Assembly (NCBI GenBank): GCA_039621445.1
Contig: CP154954.1
Span: 20,384,642 to 20,448,641 of the forward strand
Reading direction: 5' to 3'
Length of the DNA stretch: 64,000 nucleotides
Origin: Euglena gracilis
Taxonomy: Eukaryota
Notes under the pieces: generated by a model
What the model was told of the DNA's origin: nothing
What the model saw: the letters and a program-made list of their open reading frames with translations, nothing else
The model's database searches: none
Part shown: positions 1-13,095 of the stretch, one piece after another
Layout: the number at the start of each line of letters is the position of its first letter
Position numbering within the stretch: position 1 is the stretch's first letter
Translations under genes and position numbers: made by a program

Positions 1-109
1 ATTGCAAGAATTGTTTGCCCGTGTTTTTGTTGGATGCTTTATCACTTGCACCCCAAGATCACACTCTCGGAATGAACCCCTTTTGTGACAATATTATTCT
101 TACCGTTGC

Positions 110-305
110 CCCCAATTTGTATTGGCTAAGCAAACATCATGTTGCCCAATAATTGGCTGAATTTTCCTTTTTTTTTTCACCATCGCGGTCACTGAAGCGG
201 CTGTGGAGCGCACTTTCAGTGTGCAAAAAGCTCCAATCCGAAATTTGTTGAATGAGAAAGTGGTGCAAGCAGTACTTTTTGTGAAGTTCAACTTGCTGAA
301 CTTTG
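110..305 (+). pseudogene. hAT transposase C-terminal dimerisation-domain remnant
   Basis: Manual translation gives LYWLSKHHVAQ*LAEF, then a frameshift in a T-run, then FTIAVTEAAVERTFSVQKAPIRNLLNEKVVQAVLFVKFNL. This matches the hAT W...SSAxxERxFS...RNRL pattern. It contains a stop and a frameshift. Confidence 0.7.
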
Positions 306-1269
306 GTAATGAGGGCCATTCCTCACTCCCTGAGGGAGCCCAAAAAGTTTTTGTATCACGAAGATATTTCTTTTGAAGACAATCCATCCTTGGAGCCTTC
401 TGACCTTACTGCCGATGTTGTCTCACCGTTTTGGCACTTCTGACCCCAAAAACATTTGTTTGTGTCGGTGATCCGATCAACAAGGAAGAAGAGCCATCAT
501 TTTTGCTTCCTGTGCTCTTTCGTTGGCTCCTGAAGGCATTTACATGTGCGAAGGTTTTGCACACATAAATGCCTTCAGGAACCAAGGAAAGAGACATTGG
601 TACACCCCTCCGAGGGGCTCGCCACGCCATTTCCCCCCCTCCCTAGCCGGACCCCCTCGCCACGCCACCTGTTACATTTTTGATTTTGCAACCATGGTAC
701 ACCCCTCCCCCCCCATCCGAGACCCCCTCGCCACGCCATTTTCCCGCCATTCCCCCCCCATTCGGACCCCCTCGCGACAACGTGCCAACCCCCCTAAGTG
801 ACATATAAGTGACATATTTGGAGACATATAAGTGACATATAGGTATAGGTATAACGTGACCCCCCCCCCTATATGGCACCCCCTCGGGAGCGTTTTGACC
901 CCCCCTGGCGACTATTAGGGGGGGGTGACAATTAGGGGGGGGTTACTCAATTTACCCCACATTTCCATGGGTCCATGGGTAACCCCCCCCCCCTAATTGT
1001 CGCCCCCCCAAGGGGGGGGCGACTATTAGGGGGGGGGTGACAAATAGGGGGGGGGGTCACGTTAAGTATAGGTTGTCGACATATAGGTATAGGTCTTTTG
1101 CCAAACCTATACCTATATGCAACCCTGGCGCGAGAACCAAGGCGCTTTGCGTGAGTCCTAATCAGCCCGTTCGTTATACAACTTTACCGATTGTCAGCCT
1201 TTTTTTCAAAATGTCAAGTAACCTGTCACACGGTGTCGTTTGTCAGGTGAAATTTGCATTCCTGCCCTG

Positions 1270-2082
1270 TTGTGTCCAAGTCGTTTTTGGGGGCCAAATC
1301 CCTTGTGGTTCCAAGTTGTTTTGGGGGGCAAATCCCTTGTGTTTTCAAATCGTTTTGGGGGGCAAATCCCTTGTGTCCTCCAGCTGATCGAGGGAACAAA
1401 AATAACAAAATCCCGTGTGTTGCCAAGTTGTTTTCCTTGTAGTTCCAAGTCGTTTTGGGGGGCAAATCCCTTTTGTTGTCCAACTGTTCGAGGGCCCCAA
1501 AGTACTCCAATTCGTTTTGGGGGGCAAGTCCCTTTTGTTGTCCAACTGATCGAGGAAACCAAAATAACAAATTTTTTTGTGTCTCCAAGTCGTTTTGGGG
1601 GGCAAGTCCCTTTTGTTGTTCAGCTGATCGCGGGCCCCAAAGTAACAAAATCCTTTGTGTCTCCAAGTCGTTTTGGGGGGCAAGTCCCTTGTGTTTTCAA
1701 ATTGTTTTGGGGGGCAAATCCCTTGTGTTTTCAAATTGTTTTAGGGGGCAAATCCCTTGTGTTGTCCTGCTGATCGAGGGCCCCAAAATAACAAAATCCC
1801 TTGTGTTGCCAAGTTGTTTTGGGGGCAAATCCCTTGTGTTTCCAAGTCGTTTTGGGGAGAAAATCCCTTTTGTTGTCCAACTGATCGAGGACACCAAAAA
1901 TAACTAGAAAATTTTTCTCTCCAAGTCGTTTTGGGGTGCAAGTCCCTTGTGTTTTCAAATCGTTTTGGGGGGCAAATCCTTTGTGTTGTCCAGCTGATCG
2001 AGGGCCCCAAAATAACAAAATCCCTTGTGTTGCCAAGTTGTTTTGGGGGCAAATCCCTTGTGTTTCCAAGTCGTTTGGGGGG
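1270..2082. repeat. Tandem array of ~30-31-bp units (CCAAGTCGTTTTGGGGGGCAAATCCCTTGTGT) with a higher-order spacer unit
   Basis: Repeated units are directly visible, interleaved with CTGATCGAGGGCCCCAAAATAACAAAA. This array explains the many repetitive ORFs here. Confidence 0.9.
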
Positions 2083-2452
2083 GGGTCACGGGGGGGGGGG
2101 TCACGGGGTGGGGGTTCACGGGGGTGGCACCCCCACACAGACACGCTTGTTGGAGACTGTCACGGTTGAAACACCTGCAAAGCATTTCAATGTGATGTCT
2201 GTCAGTTGCTGCATTTTTTTAAGTTTTAATACTGTGTTTTCTGCTTTGCTTTTGGTAGTAGTGGCACCGTCCTGAAGCCATTGCTGCGGACGATTACGAT
2301 GCACAGGACCTGGAGGGGGGTAGATCTGGCCTGGGGGGGGGGGGGGGGGGGGCGGGGGCGGCCCAAAAGGACCCTGCGGGCGCCCGGGTCGCTAAGGTCG
2401 CTAAGGTCCATTGGGCCGACCCTAGGGGGGGGGGTCGGCACACCCCTCCCCC

Positions 2453-4539
2453 CGGCGCAAGGCGGTAGACTGGGTGGGGGGGTAGTGGGTAGTCGGCCGA
2501 CTAGTCGGCCGACTACCCAATTGGTCCGCCGACTAGGCCTAGTCGGTAGCTAGTCGGCGAGACAGGGGGGGGGGTAGTGGGTAGTCGGCCAACTAGTCGG
2601 CCGACTACCCACTCTAATGTACTAACGGGTCAAAACCGCCGACTTTTAAGCCCCCCCCCATGAACAAAATCCAATGCAAACTAGTCGGTGGCTAGTCGGC
2701 GGTCATAAAAATGGTCTGTGGCGGGCCCAAATCACCCGGAAATGGTCCGGATGGGTCCAAATAAGTGTCTCACGCCTAAATAAACACCCCCAGATGGAAA
2801 TCTTTGGTCAGTGGGGGGTCGGTGGGCCCTTGATGGGGTTCCGGAGGGGTAAAAAACCAATGATGAAACAGGGATTACATGAAAATCTTTTAGAAATGCA
2901 AGCATTCTGCATCACGAGAGGTCGGAGGCTAGGTCGTTTTTGTGGCTCACTTTGGCATAGGCGGGGGGGGGGGGTCGGCACCCCCTCACCCCCCCCCGCA
3001 CCCCCCCCTCAAATAACAAAATCCCTTCTATGTTGGCAATAGACTTGGAGGGATAAGACCTTTTTTTGTGCAAATTTTGACTTATATTGAAAATTATGGT
3101 CCGGATGGGTCCAAATAAGTGTCTTACGCCTAAATAAACACCCCCAGATGGAAATCTTTGGTCAGTGGGGGGTCGGTGGGCCCTTGATGGGGGTCCGGAG
3201 GGGTAAAAAACCACTGATGAAACGGGGATTACATGAAAATCCTTTAGAAATGCAAGCATTCTGCATCACGAGAGGCAGAAAACTCCCCCCTCCACCCCGA
3301 TCCGAGCCTCAAATAACAAAATCCCTTCTGTGTTGGCAAGATACTCGGGGGCTAAGTCGTTTTTGTGGCTCACTTTGGCATAGGCGGGGGGGCCCCGCCC
3401 CCCCCCCCCCGCACCCCCCCCTCAAATAACAAAATCCCTTTTATGTTGGCAATAGACTTGGAGGGATAAGACTTTTTTTTGTGCAAATTTTGACTTATAT
3501 TGAAAATTCAATTATTCCGGATGGGTCCAAATAAGTGTCTTACGCCTAAATAAACACCCCCAGATGGAAATCTTTGGTCAGTGGGGGGTCGGTGGGCCCT
3601 TGATGGGGGTCCGGAGGGGTAAAAAACCACTGATGAAACGGGGATTACATGAAAATCCTTTAGAAATGCAAGCATTCTGCATCACGAGAGGCAGAAAACT
3701 CCCCCCTCCACCCCGATCCGAGCCTCAAATAACAAAATCCCTTCTGTGTTGGCAAGATACTCGGGGGCTAAGTCGTTTTTGTGGCTCACTTTGGCATAGG
3801 CGGGGGGGCGTCCGCCCCCCCCCCTCCCCCCCCCCCCCCCCGCCCCCCCCAAAGCACCCCGCCACACACCCCTCCCCCCTCAAATAAGACCCCCTCCCTT
3901 CTTCTTTTTTTCCAACCCTCCTCTTGGGCTAAGTCGTTTTTTGTGGCTCACACTTTGGCACAGTGGGGGGGGGCTCCGGCCCCCCCCCCCCCTCACCCCC
4001 ACCCCTCAAATAACAAAATTCCCTTTCTTCTGTGCTGTGGCAACATACCGGGGCTAAAGAGGTCGTTTTTGTGGCTCATTTTTGTTTTGGCATAGGCGGG
4101 GGGGGGCCTCCGCCCCCCCCCGCACCCCCCCCCTCAAATAACAAAATCCCTTCTATGTTGGCAATGGACTTGGCTTGATAAGACCTTTTTTTGTGCAAAT
4201 TTTGACTTATATTGAAAATTCAATGGGGAGAGGTGTACTTTTGTCAAAAGTGGCCCAAAATGGACATTTTCCCCAATTTTTTTGCATATTCACCCCCGAT
4301 TGGGGGGTTCTGGAGCCATTTGGGTGGGTTTTGACTGGTGTTGAGGTGATTTAGACAAAAAAAATTTCCCAGGGGGGGGCTTAAAAGTCGGCGGTTTTGA
4401 CCCGTTAGTACATTAGAGTGGGTAGTCGGCCGACTAGTCGGCCGACTACCCAATTGGTCCGTCGATTAGTCGGCCGACCAATTGGGTAGTCGGCCGACTA
4501 GTCACTACCCCCCCCCCCCCCAGTCCACCGTTTGGCACT
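2453..4539. mobile_element. Non-autonomous TIR DNA transposon (~2.1 kb) with internal ~400-bp tandem duplications
   Basis: Termini are CGGCGCAAGGCGGTAGACTGGG and CCCAGTCCACCGTTTGGCACT, with subterminal TAGTCGGCCGACTA palindromes and flanking CCTCCCCC on both sides. An inverted relative lies at 17866-19330. Confidence 0.7.
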
Positions 4540-5302
4540 CCTCCCCCCCCCCCCCTCACCGACCCCCTCGCCACGCCATTTTACCCCCCCCTCCCCCCCA
4601 TCCTTTGCAGACCCCCTCGCCACACCATGTCAGGCCCGCCAAAGAAAATTTTCTTGGCAACCCCCCGCGCACCCCGCCCCCCCCCATCCGGGACCCCCTC
4701 GCCACGCCAAAAACCCCACCTCCCCCCCCCCTAGCCGGAAACCTCGCCACGGCGTGCCAACCCCCCATGGGGGTGTTTCCCCCGCGACCCCCCCGCGACC
4801 CCCCCGCGACCCCACTCTGAGCCCAATTCGGGTTCCCAAAAAGTACAAAATATTTGCATTAATTAGGAATTTGCCACTCAATTAGGAATCAAAAACGCGA
4901 AAAATTGGTCGCAAATTCCTAATTGGACCTATTTTTGGACCCAAATGGCACGCAAATTCCTAATTGGGATCTAAAATTAGAGTATAGGACGACGTCACAC
5001 AAGTCACACATGACCTGCCGCGAAACCCATTTCCCCCCCCCGAACCCCCCCCCCCACAGCGCCCCCCCCCCCCCCCCCCCCCCCCCCGACCCCAACACCC
5101 CCCAGGGTCGCCCATCCCAGGGTCGTGGGCCGACCCTAGGGTCGACCCAAGGGTCGGCCCACCCCACGACCTCGCCCCCCCATCAAAAAAAATTCGAATT
5201 TTTTTTGATGTTTTAGGCCTTCAAATACAAAGAAAACAAAACCAAGAAACATTAATATTGATTACTGATGCTAAAATACGCCCCAAAATCACTACGTGAC
5301 AT

Positions 5303-5750
5303 AAGGGATTTTGTGATTTTGGGGCCCTTGAACAGTTGAGCAACACAAGGGAATTGCCCCCCAAAACGATTTGAAAACACAACGGACTTGCCCCCAAAAC
5401 GACTTGGAGACACAAGGGATTTTGTTGTTTTTGGGCCCTCGATCAATTGAACAACACAAGGGATTTGCCCCCCAAAACGACTTGGAACCACAAGGGATTT
5501 GCCCCCCAAAACGACTTGGAGACACAAGGGGTTTTATTACTTTGGGGCCCTCGAACAGTTGGACAACACAAGGGATTTGCCCCCCAAAATGACTTGAAAA
5601 CACAAGGGACTTGCCCCCAAAACAACTTGGAAACACAAGGGATTTTGTTATTTTGGGGCCCTCGATCAAAGTAACAAAATCCTTTGTGTCTCCAAGTCGT
5701 TTTGGGGGGCAAATCCCTTTTGTTGTTCAACCGATCGAGGGCCCCAAAGT
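5303..5750. repeat. Same ~31-bp satellite in inverted orientation, switching strand at ~5665
   Basis: Units read ACAAGGGATTTGCCCCCCAAAACGACTTGG, then revert to the forward orientation after ~5665. Confidence 0.85.
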
Positions 5751-7100
5751 CCGGGAGGCCAAAAAACATCGTTTCGGGCAGAAAATTTTTTTTCGATTTT
5801 TTTCGACTTTTTTGACCCGGTTTTGACCCAAAGTCAATGGGTCGGCGGTCCAAAACGGGGCGCTGGCGGGTCGAAAAACGCTCGTTTTCGGCTCAAAAAC
5901 TTTTTTTTTTTTTCTTTTTTTTTTTTTTTTGTTCCGGGTCCGGGAGGCCAAAAAACATCGTTTCGGGCCCAAATTTTTTTTTCGATTTTTTTCGACTTTT
6001 TTGACCCGGTTTGACCCAAAGTCAATGGGTCGGCGGTCCAAAACGGGGCGCTGGCGGGTCGAAAAACGCTCGTTTTCGGCTCAAAAACAGTTTTTCTGGG
6101 TCCGAGAGGCCAAAAAACATGGTTCCGGCAAAAAAAAATTTCGATTTTTTTCGACTTTTTTGGCCGAAAACGGCTAAGTCGGACAGAGGGAAAAGTGTAC
6201 AAAATGGCCTGAAATGGCCCAAATTGGCCAAAAAAACGCCCGTATCTCGGGCTGGGCGGGGAGTTGCGGGGAAACCAAAATCCCAGTAACGTGACCCCCC
6301 CCTATTTGTCCCCCCCCCCCTAATTGGCCAGAGCCCAGGTGGCCAATTAGGGGGGGGGTTACTCATTAAGGGAAAATGCCTTTATTCGGGTGTTTACGGG
6401 GGTTCGCGGCTATGAAGGACGGGGTCCAGGTGGCCAATCAGGGGGGGGGTTAGGGGTAACCCCCCCCCCTAATTGTCCCCCCCCCCCTAATTGGCCAGAA
6501 GGGGGGTCCGGGCCGCCCGGAGGGCGGCCAAATAGGGGGGGGGGGTGTTGGTAGATAGAGCGTTCCAAGGGCTTCAATTTAGGTCTCCGGACATTTCCTT
6601 TGATTTTGCATCATTTTCGAGAAATTTTGAAAACATCGATTTTTTGACCCCCCACCCCCCCGAAAACGGCTAAGTCGAACAGAGGGAAAAGTGTACAAAA
6701 CGGCCATCTGCGCCGAAAACGGCCGTATCTCGGGCCAGGAGGGGAGTTGCGGGGAAATCAAAATGCCGGTAGATGGGGCGTTCCAAGGGCTTCAAATTAG
6801 GTCACCGGACATTTCCTTTGACTTGGCTTCATTTTGGAGATATTTTGAAAATTGACATTTTTTGGCCGAAATGGCAGAGTCCAAAGGGGGGGGGGCTTAT
6901 CCAGGGGGGCGGGTAAATCCTACCGAGTTTGGACCCCTTCGCGCGTGAATAACTCGGGCCTGGTGGGGAGTTGGGGGTCAAACCCGGGTGATTCGGAAAC
7001 TAGGAATCCAGTCGCTCGCGACTGGAAAAAAAATTCCGGGAACCGGGCCGGGATCATGGTGATAATCCGTCCGTTCCCGAGGTGGCCCGACCCGGGGGGG
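5750..7100. mobile_element. Dispersed repeat family (~1.3 kb); inverted copy at ~53590-54980
   Basis: Segment 6911-7010 (GTTTGGACCCCTTCGCGCGTGAATAACTCGGGCCTGG...) is the reverse complement of ~53715-53790. The CGAAAAACGCTCGTTTTCGGCTCAAAAAC blocks also recur inverted at ~54720-54940. Ends are not defined. Confidence 0.7.
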
Positions 7101-7411
7101 GCCCGGGGGGGCGGGGGGGGAGGGGGGGGGGTCGAGGGGGCGGGTTTCGCCGGTGGTAAGCTTCGCTCTTACCCAGCTCAGCGACCCCCCCATGACCCCC
7201 CCCGCGACCCGCACCACCCCCTTAAACAAGCATGTTTTTTTGTTTCAAAAAAACAAGCCGTTTTTTAAAAAAATTTTCATCTGTCTCGGGGGGTTGGAAG
7301 TGGGGGGGGGAGGGGGGGGGTCCCGGGAGGGGGGGGTTGGAACTGTACAGGGGGGGGAGGGGGGGGGTCCCAAGGTTTGACCAACTGTAGTGCCTTGTTC
7401 CCCAAGCCCTT

Positions 7412-8010
7412 ATGTTTCCAAGTCGTTTTGGGAGGCAAATCCCTTTTGTTGTCCAACTGATCGAGGGCACCAAAGAAAAACAAATTTTTTTGTGTCTCCA
7501 AGTCGTTTTGGGGGGCAAATCCCTTTTGTTGTTCAACTAATCGAGGGCCCCAAAGTAACAAAATCCTTTGTGTCTCCAAGTCGTTTTGGGGGGCAAATCC
7601 TTTTTGTTGTTCAACTGATCGAGGGCCCCAAAGTAACAAAATCCTTTGTGTCTCCAAGTCGTTTTGGGGGGCAAGTCCCTTGTGTTGTCAAAACGTTTTG
7701 GGGGGCAAATCCCTTGTGTTGTCCAGCTGGGGCCCTCGATCAGTTGAACAACAAAAGGGATTTGCCCCCCAAAACGACTTGAAAACACAAGGGACTTGCC
7801 CCCCAAAACGACTTGGAGACACAAAGGATTTTGTTACTTTGGGGCCCTCGATCAGTTGGACAACAAAAGGGATTTGCCCCCCAAAACGACTTGGAGACAC
7901 AAAGGATTTTGTTACTTTGGGGGCCTCGATCAGTTGGACAACACAAGGGATTTGCCGACAACAAAAGGGATTTGCCCCCCAAAACGACTTGGAAACACAA
8001 GGGCTTTGCC
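7412..8010. repeat. Third array of the ~31-bp satellite with an internal inversion at ~7727
   Basis: Forward units run to ~7725 (CCAGCTGG) and reverse-complement units follow. Confidence 0.85.
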
Positions 8011-9180
8011 CGTGACCCGAGAATCGAGCCTTCGACTTTCATGCAATGCATCAACCGTCATCACTCTTTTCATTTATCATCTCAGCCTGCTTTTTGATGT
8101 AGGTGGCAATTTTGGTCGCTTTTCATCAATTTTCTGGTTGAAACCATCGAAAATTTGCCTTGACATGGTCAAAAAATGAAAAGAAATGCCAAGATTTGAG
8201 GTGAAAAAATTTTTGACCCAAACAATGGCGCTTCTCTGGCGTATAAATTTGACCCAAAATATGCCCCATTGGCAAAAGGGGAGATTGCGCGAGGAGGAAA
8301 GAATTTCATGGCAAAAAGGGGGGGAGAGGAAACATGAAATTTTTGTGGAAGAAAACCCTCCCAAAAGAACAGAAAAGAATTGTCCTCACCCCACCATTTG
8401 GACAACCAAACCCCTTTTTGGCACCCAACGTCCAACGCACCTTCACACCCAAAAATGGCCAAAACTCTTGTCCCCTAAAAAAAAGTGCCAAAAGTTGGTG
8501 CATTTCCACACCCAAAATGTATTTTTGTCAAAAATGGCCCAACAAGCATCCCAAAAAAATGGGACGGTCAAGAAAATTCCCTTCCAACAAAATTCCCTTC
8601 CAAAAACGGACCAATTTTCGACATAAACTCACCCCAAAAAAGACCACTTTCGGACCCAAAGGGAGGGGCCCTGCGGGGGGCGGGGGGAGACTGCCCATGA
8701 CTTTAAATGTCCATATTTTTCTCAAAAAAATCATGCTACATGAGCAAAACAGTGTCTTGCTTTCTTTCTTCACACAAAAACCTTCACATGAAATCAAAAA
8801 AATTTGTTTGTGTTTTGTTTGTTTTTGTTTAACAGAAGAAACAGCTGAAAAGGCAGGGCTTCAAAACGTACAAAAATGCATTTTTTTGTTCAAAAATGGC
8901 CCAAAAATGTCCAAAAATGACCACTTTTTGGACCCGAAAATCGCTTTTAGGACGCGTGCTGCCCTTCTCGTGATGGGATTTTCTTGGCTGTGCTAGGCAC
9001 AGTGGGGGGGAGGGGGGGTCCAGGGGGGGGGGGGGCGAGGGGCGTGTGGCCGCCGGGGGGGGGGGGGGGGGGGGGTCCCGGACCCCCCCGAGCGGCGCGC
9101 CTAGCCTCCATTGGTATGGCCCAGCTACAAGGGGGGCGGGGGTTCCGCGGGACCTCCCTGTTGAGGTCCGAACTTTGATA

Positions 9181-9310
9181 CAAAAACTGTGTCCAGAACG
9201 CCGGTTCGGGCGTGAAGCCGTGTTCCAGAACGCCGGTTCGGGCTGCCGCCCGAACCGGCGTTCTGGAACACGGCTTCACGCCCGAACCGGCGTTCTGGAC
9301 ACAGTTGTTG
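9181..9310. repeat. Near-perfect ~130-bp palindrome (foldback)
   Basis: Arms of ~63 bp (CAAAAACTGTGTCCAGAACGCCGGTTCGGGC...) flank a 4-nt centre TGCC at 9244-9247. Confidence 0.9.
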
Positions 9311-9321
9311 AAACCGTGGAT

Positions 9322-10113
9322 TAGGGGCTCTGGCTTCACGCCCGAACCGGCGTTCAAGGAATCCAGGCCAATTTCGCCCTAAATACCCATTTTTCGAACA
9401 TTTTGGAGCATTTTTGGGCTTCTTGGGCGTATGGCCATGTCGATCGGCCGATTGAAGTTTTCACTGGTCTGGTGCCATATTACCCATCGATCGAAAGCTC
9501 TTCTCAAGGGCTTTTGGCAGATGGCCACAGGATTCAGCCATTATGCACACAGCGCTTATTTTCAGCGATCGTGCATTCCAAAATTTGACATCTTAATTTG
9601 TGAAATCCCACACCTCAGGTGTCATACAGCATATCAATTGAAAGCTCTCGCCAAGACCTTTCATTTGGTACCCTCAGAACTCAGCTACACTGCAGAGCAC
9701 TCTGAAAATCGGCGATCGCGTTTTCCGACCCTGTTTGCAAAGTCGAAATTCCTATGTTTCACCAGCCATGTTGCCCATCGATCGAAAGCTCTTCTCAGGG
9801 GCTTTCAGCAGATGGCCTTAGATTCCAGCCGTGCTGCATGGTATTCTATTTCAAAAATTCCCCAAATTTGGCCAAATGGAAATTGTTGCACAAAATACCC
9901 CAATATCTGGCCAAATACCCCCCAAAAACTGCTCAGATGTGATTACCACATGTCTACTAACCATTTTGAACACTTTTTGGCACTTTTTATTTTCGATCCC
10001 CTGGACGCCATCTTCCCGCCCGAACCGGCGTTCTGGACGCCGGTTCGGTGCAAAAATTTCTGCGCCGAACCGGCGTCCAGAACGCCGGTTCGGGCGTGAA
10101 GCCAGAGCCCCTG
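9322..10113. mobile_element. TIR element with hAT-like TAGGGG/CCCCTG ends
   Basis: TIR of ~34 bp: TAGGGGCTCTGGCTTCACGCCCGAACCGGCGTTC / GAACGCCGGTTCGGGCGTGAAGCCAGAGCCCCTG. No matching TSD was seen. Confidence 0.7.
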
Positions 10114-12644
10114 ACCTTCACTTCATTACTCTTCTTCTCTTCTTGGTTTATCTTCTTTTTCTTCACATTTCAACCTGTGAGCACAAGGATGACAAATGAA
10201 AGACAACCGGATGGCATGCAATGTGGTACCACTGAAAAACATGACTCAATGGCGGTTGGGGACAATGAACGTGACTCTTCCTCCCATTCCACCAGTGACA
10301 AAGGCAGTTTTTTGTTAAAAAAAAACCTGCCTTTTTCTTGGCTGTGCTAGGCACAGTGGGGGGAGGGGGGGGTCGAGGGGGGGCGAGCGGCCGCGCAGGG
10401 GCAGCGCGGGGGGGGGGGGGTTCCTGGACCCCCCCCGAGCGCCTAGCCTCCTTAGTCAGCCTTCAGCCTCCTCCCAGGCCCCCCCCCGGACCCCCCATGC
10501 CCGCCAATAAGGGGGGGGGGGGGGTCTCGGACCTGGCCAAAACGCGCCCCTAGCCCCCCCCATGGGTTCATGGCACACTTCATGGCTGCAAACAACAGCA
10601 ATGTTTCATTTTTCTCTTCACAGGTGGTGGGATATCCCCCCACCGAAAGCAGGCTGGACCTGGGTGGCCACCCAAATTTCTTGGAATTTTTTTTAAGTAT
10701 CCATCAGTGTTTTTGGGGCATATTGGATAGAAAATTCTTCATTTCGACGGGAAGTACTGGGATATTTTTGGCCTTTTCGGGACCTGGACCTGCACGGACC
10801 CCCACCCCTAGTTGGACCCCCTCGGCACGGTGCAGACACCCCCTCCCCTGGATAGTCCTCGTCCGTTATGCCAAGCCCCCCCAGAGTGACTGTGATTTGT
10901 GTGCCGAAGCCTGTATCTCTTAAACACAGTGTTCGAGAAACAACAATCGGTGTTTTTTCTAAACACCGATTTGTCCAAATGTTTTTTTTCTTCAAAAAGT
11001 CAACATGCAATACATTCATTTTGTATCAATGATTTTTGATGACTCATCCTCAGCGTGAATGCCATGTTTCTCTCTTGTCATCATCTGCCAGTTGGCTTTG
11101 TTTGTCGGTCTGGTCAAATGTGAGCCAAGGCAAATTTTGGTTTCTCCTCATTGTGTTCTGCCACACACCCACCGAGTTGATTGCTTCGCTGATGAGTGGA
11201 TTTGGGGCTGAGCTTCTCATTGCGCATTTTCACCATTTGTATTTTGTTTGTTTTGAAAGAATGCCAGATTTAGCTGTTTTAAAGGTTGATTAGTCGGGTT
11301 GAATTTTTTGCCATCTGTTCAAAATAGCACTGCCCAATGTTCATATTTTACCCCCCTTTTGTTTTGCCAGCATCATGGGGTGTTTTTTTTCAGGTTTCAA
11401 GTTTTAAGTTTTTAAAGATTTTTTTCCAGGCATTTTAAGGTTTTTTCAGGCATTTCTATTTTTTAAGGCATCTATTTTCCAAGGAAAGTCCAAGGGCCAT
11501 CCCGGCATCGAACGGGACCCAAACGTCCATTTTTTTCCCGATGGACAATTTTCCAGCGATGCTGCTCATTTTTGACTTTTTTTAAGGTGTTTTAAGGTGT
11601 TTTTTGCTCATAATCTGCCCTCAATAAGCAGTAAACTCGTTATAATATGTATTGAGCACAGGTTACACCGAGTTAACCACTTATTGAGGGCAGTTTATTT
11701 AAACCCCCTTTTAGAGGCACAGGTTAAACCGCAAAAAAAACTGCGTTTTAGCAATGACAGGCCAAATGATGTGTGTTTTACTTTTTTTTGGACAGGAGTG
11801 CATCGTCCCGCATGATCTGGAAGGTAAAGGCCAAGTTTGGGGGCACTTCGAGGGGGGACCAGGCGCCTTTGGCGCCCGGTCCCCCCCAAAGGCCCCCTAA
11901 TGCTTGGGCTTCAAGCGATCTTCAGCTTAGAGCGAAAGGGTGCGGGATGCAGCCGTCAAACAAAATGAACAAACGGGATTCCAATATGTTGGAGGCTGCC
12001 ATGCCAGGGCCACCGACGGTGGAAGAATTCATTTCCACACATGGCTTTTCTGAAATTACAATTTGAAAATTCACTGAAAGCCCCCCCCCCCCCCGGGGGG
12101 GGGTTGGCCAGGGGTGGGCAAAAGTGGCGGGCGCCAAAGGCACCGGGATTTTTTTTGGCCTAAAATGGCCTAAAGTGACTGGAAAGTGGCCTGGCCGGTT
12201 TTCTTGAGTGGCCGACCCCCCCCCCCCCGGGAGGGCAGTGACTGACTGGTTTCCCGAAAGAAAGTGTCTGGATGGTTTTTTGAAGAATGGAGTGACCCCC
12301 CTCCCCCCAGGGGTTGGTAAGACCATGAAAAATCACCAGGCAAGGAATGACCATCTCAATGCAGCACTGCTGAAACAGTACGGTCTCGAAACGAAAGACA
12401 ACCCCAGATTTTGTCCAGTGACGGCCTACGAGTGGCAACTTCGGATGCTTGGTGACGACTTGGATGGCCCTTTGAACAACCAAATGGGTGTCACAGGTAC
12501 AACCTGCGAAACCCAACCAGCAGCTCCACAGAATGACAGGTAAGGTAATGGACCAACCCCAGCCAATGAGTTTGCGAACGTACGAACGGACCGAAACAAA
12601 GGGCAATCCAGCGTTACCAAGCATCCGAAGTTGCTGCCCACCCG

Positions 12645-13095
12645 TAGGGCTGTTTCGCTTAATCGATTAATCAACTAATCGTTCGTAATCGCCGATTAAT
12701 CGAATCGTTCGGCCTAGGGCGATTAATCGTTCACTATGGATGCCACCCATGATGGGCACGATATTTGCTGAAAGCACCCAATTTCGGACAGTCCAGTAAC
12801 ATAATGCACTACTACCTGCTGGTACCATGCAAAGGGTTCTTAAAAATGCCACCGAGCCAGTGTAACGTTGCGCGATTTATATCAGTATCAAGCAGTTCCT
12901 AATTGACTGAATGGCGCCTGGGAAATATGCCAGCGGGACCGCAAAGGAATTAACTATGTTCTGTGTTCTCGTTTCTCATGCAAAGTTCATAATCGAAATT
13001 TGGAAAGGACCAATTAATCGTTAATCGTCCGAGGCACCTCGATTAATCGCGATTAATCGTTCGTCGGCTCGAAACGATTAATTGGCACAACCCTA
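12645..13095. mobile_element. hAT-like MITE (TAGGGCTGT...ACAACCCTA) nested in the inverted repeat of an older element
   Basis: Flanked by direct CCACCCG, with subterminal CGATTAATCG repeats. It splits the inverted partner (12611-12644 plus 13096-13146) of 12385-12457. Confidence 0.75.

Noticed and set aside
1206-8097. Many 60-180 aa ORFs with repeated FGGQIP/LPPKTT peptides, and a superficially CRISPR-like periodicity
   Set aside because: They are translations of the 31-bp satellite in all frames. There are no unique spacers and no cas genes, and the context is eukaryotic.
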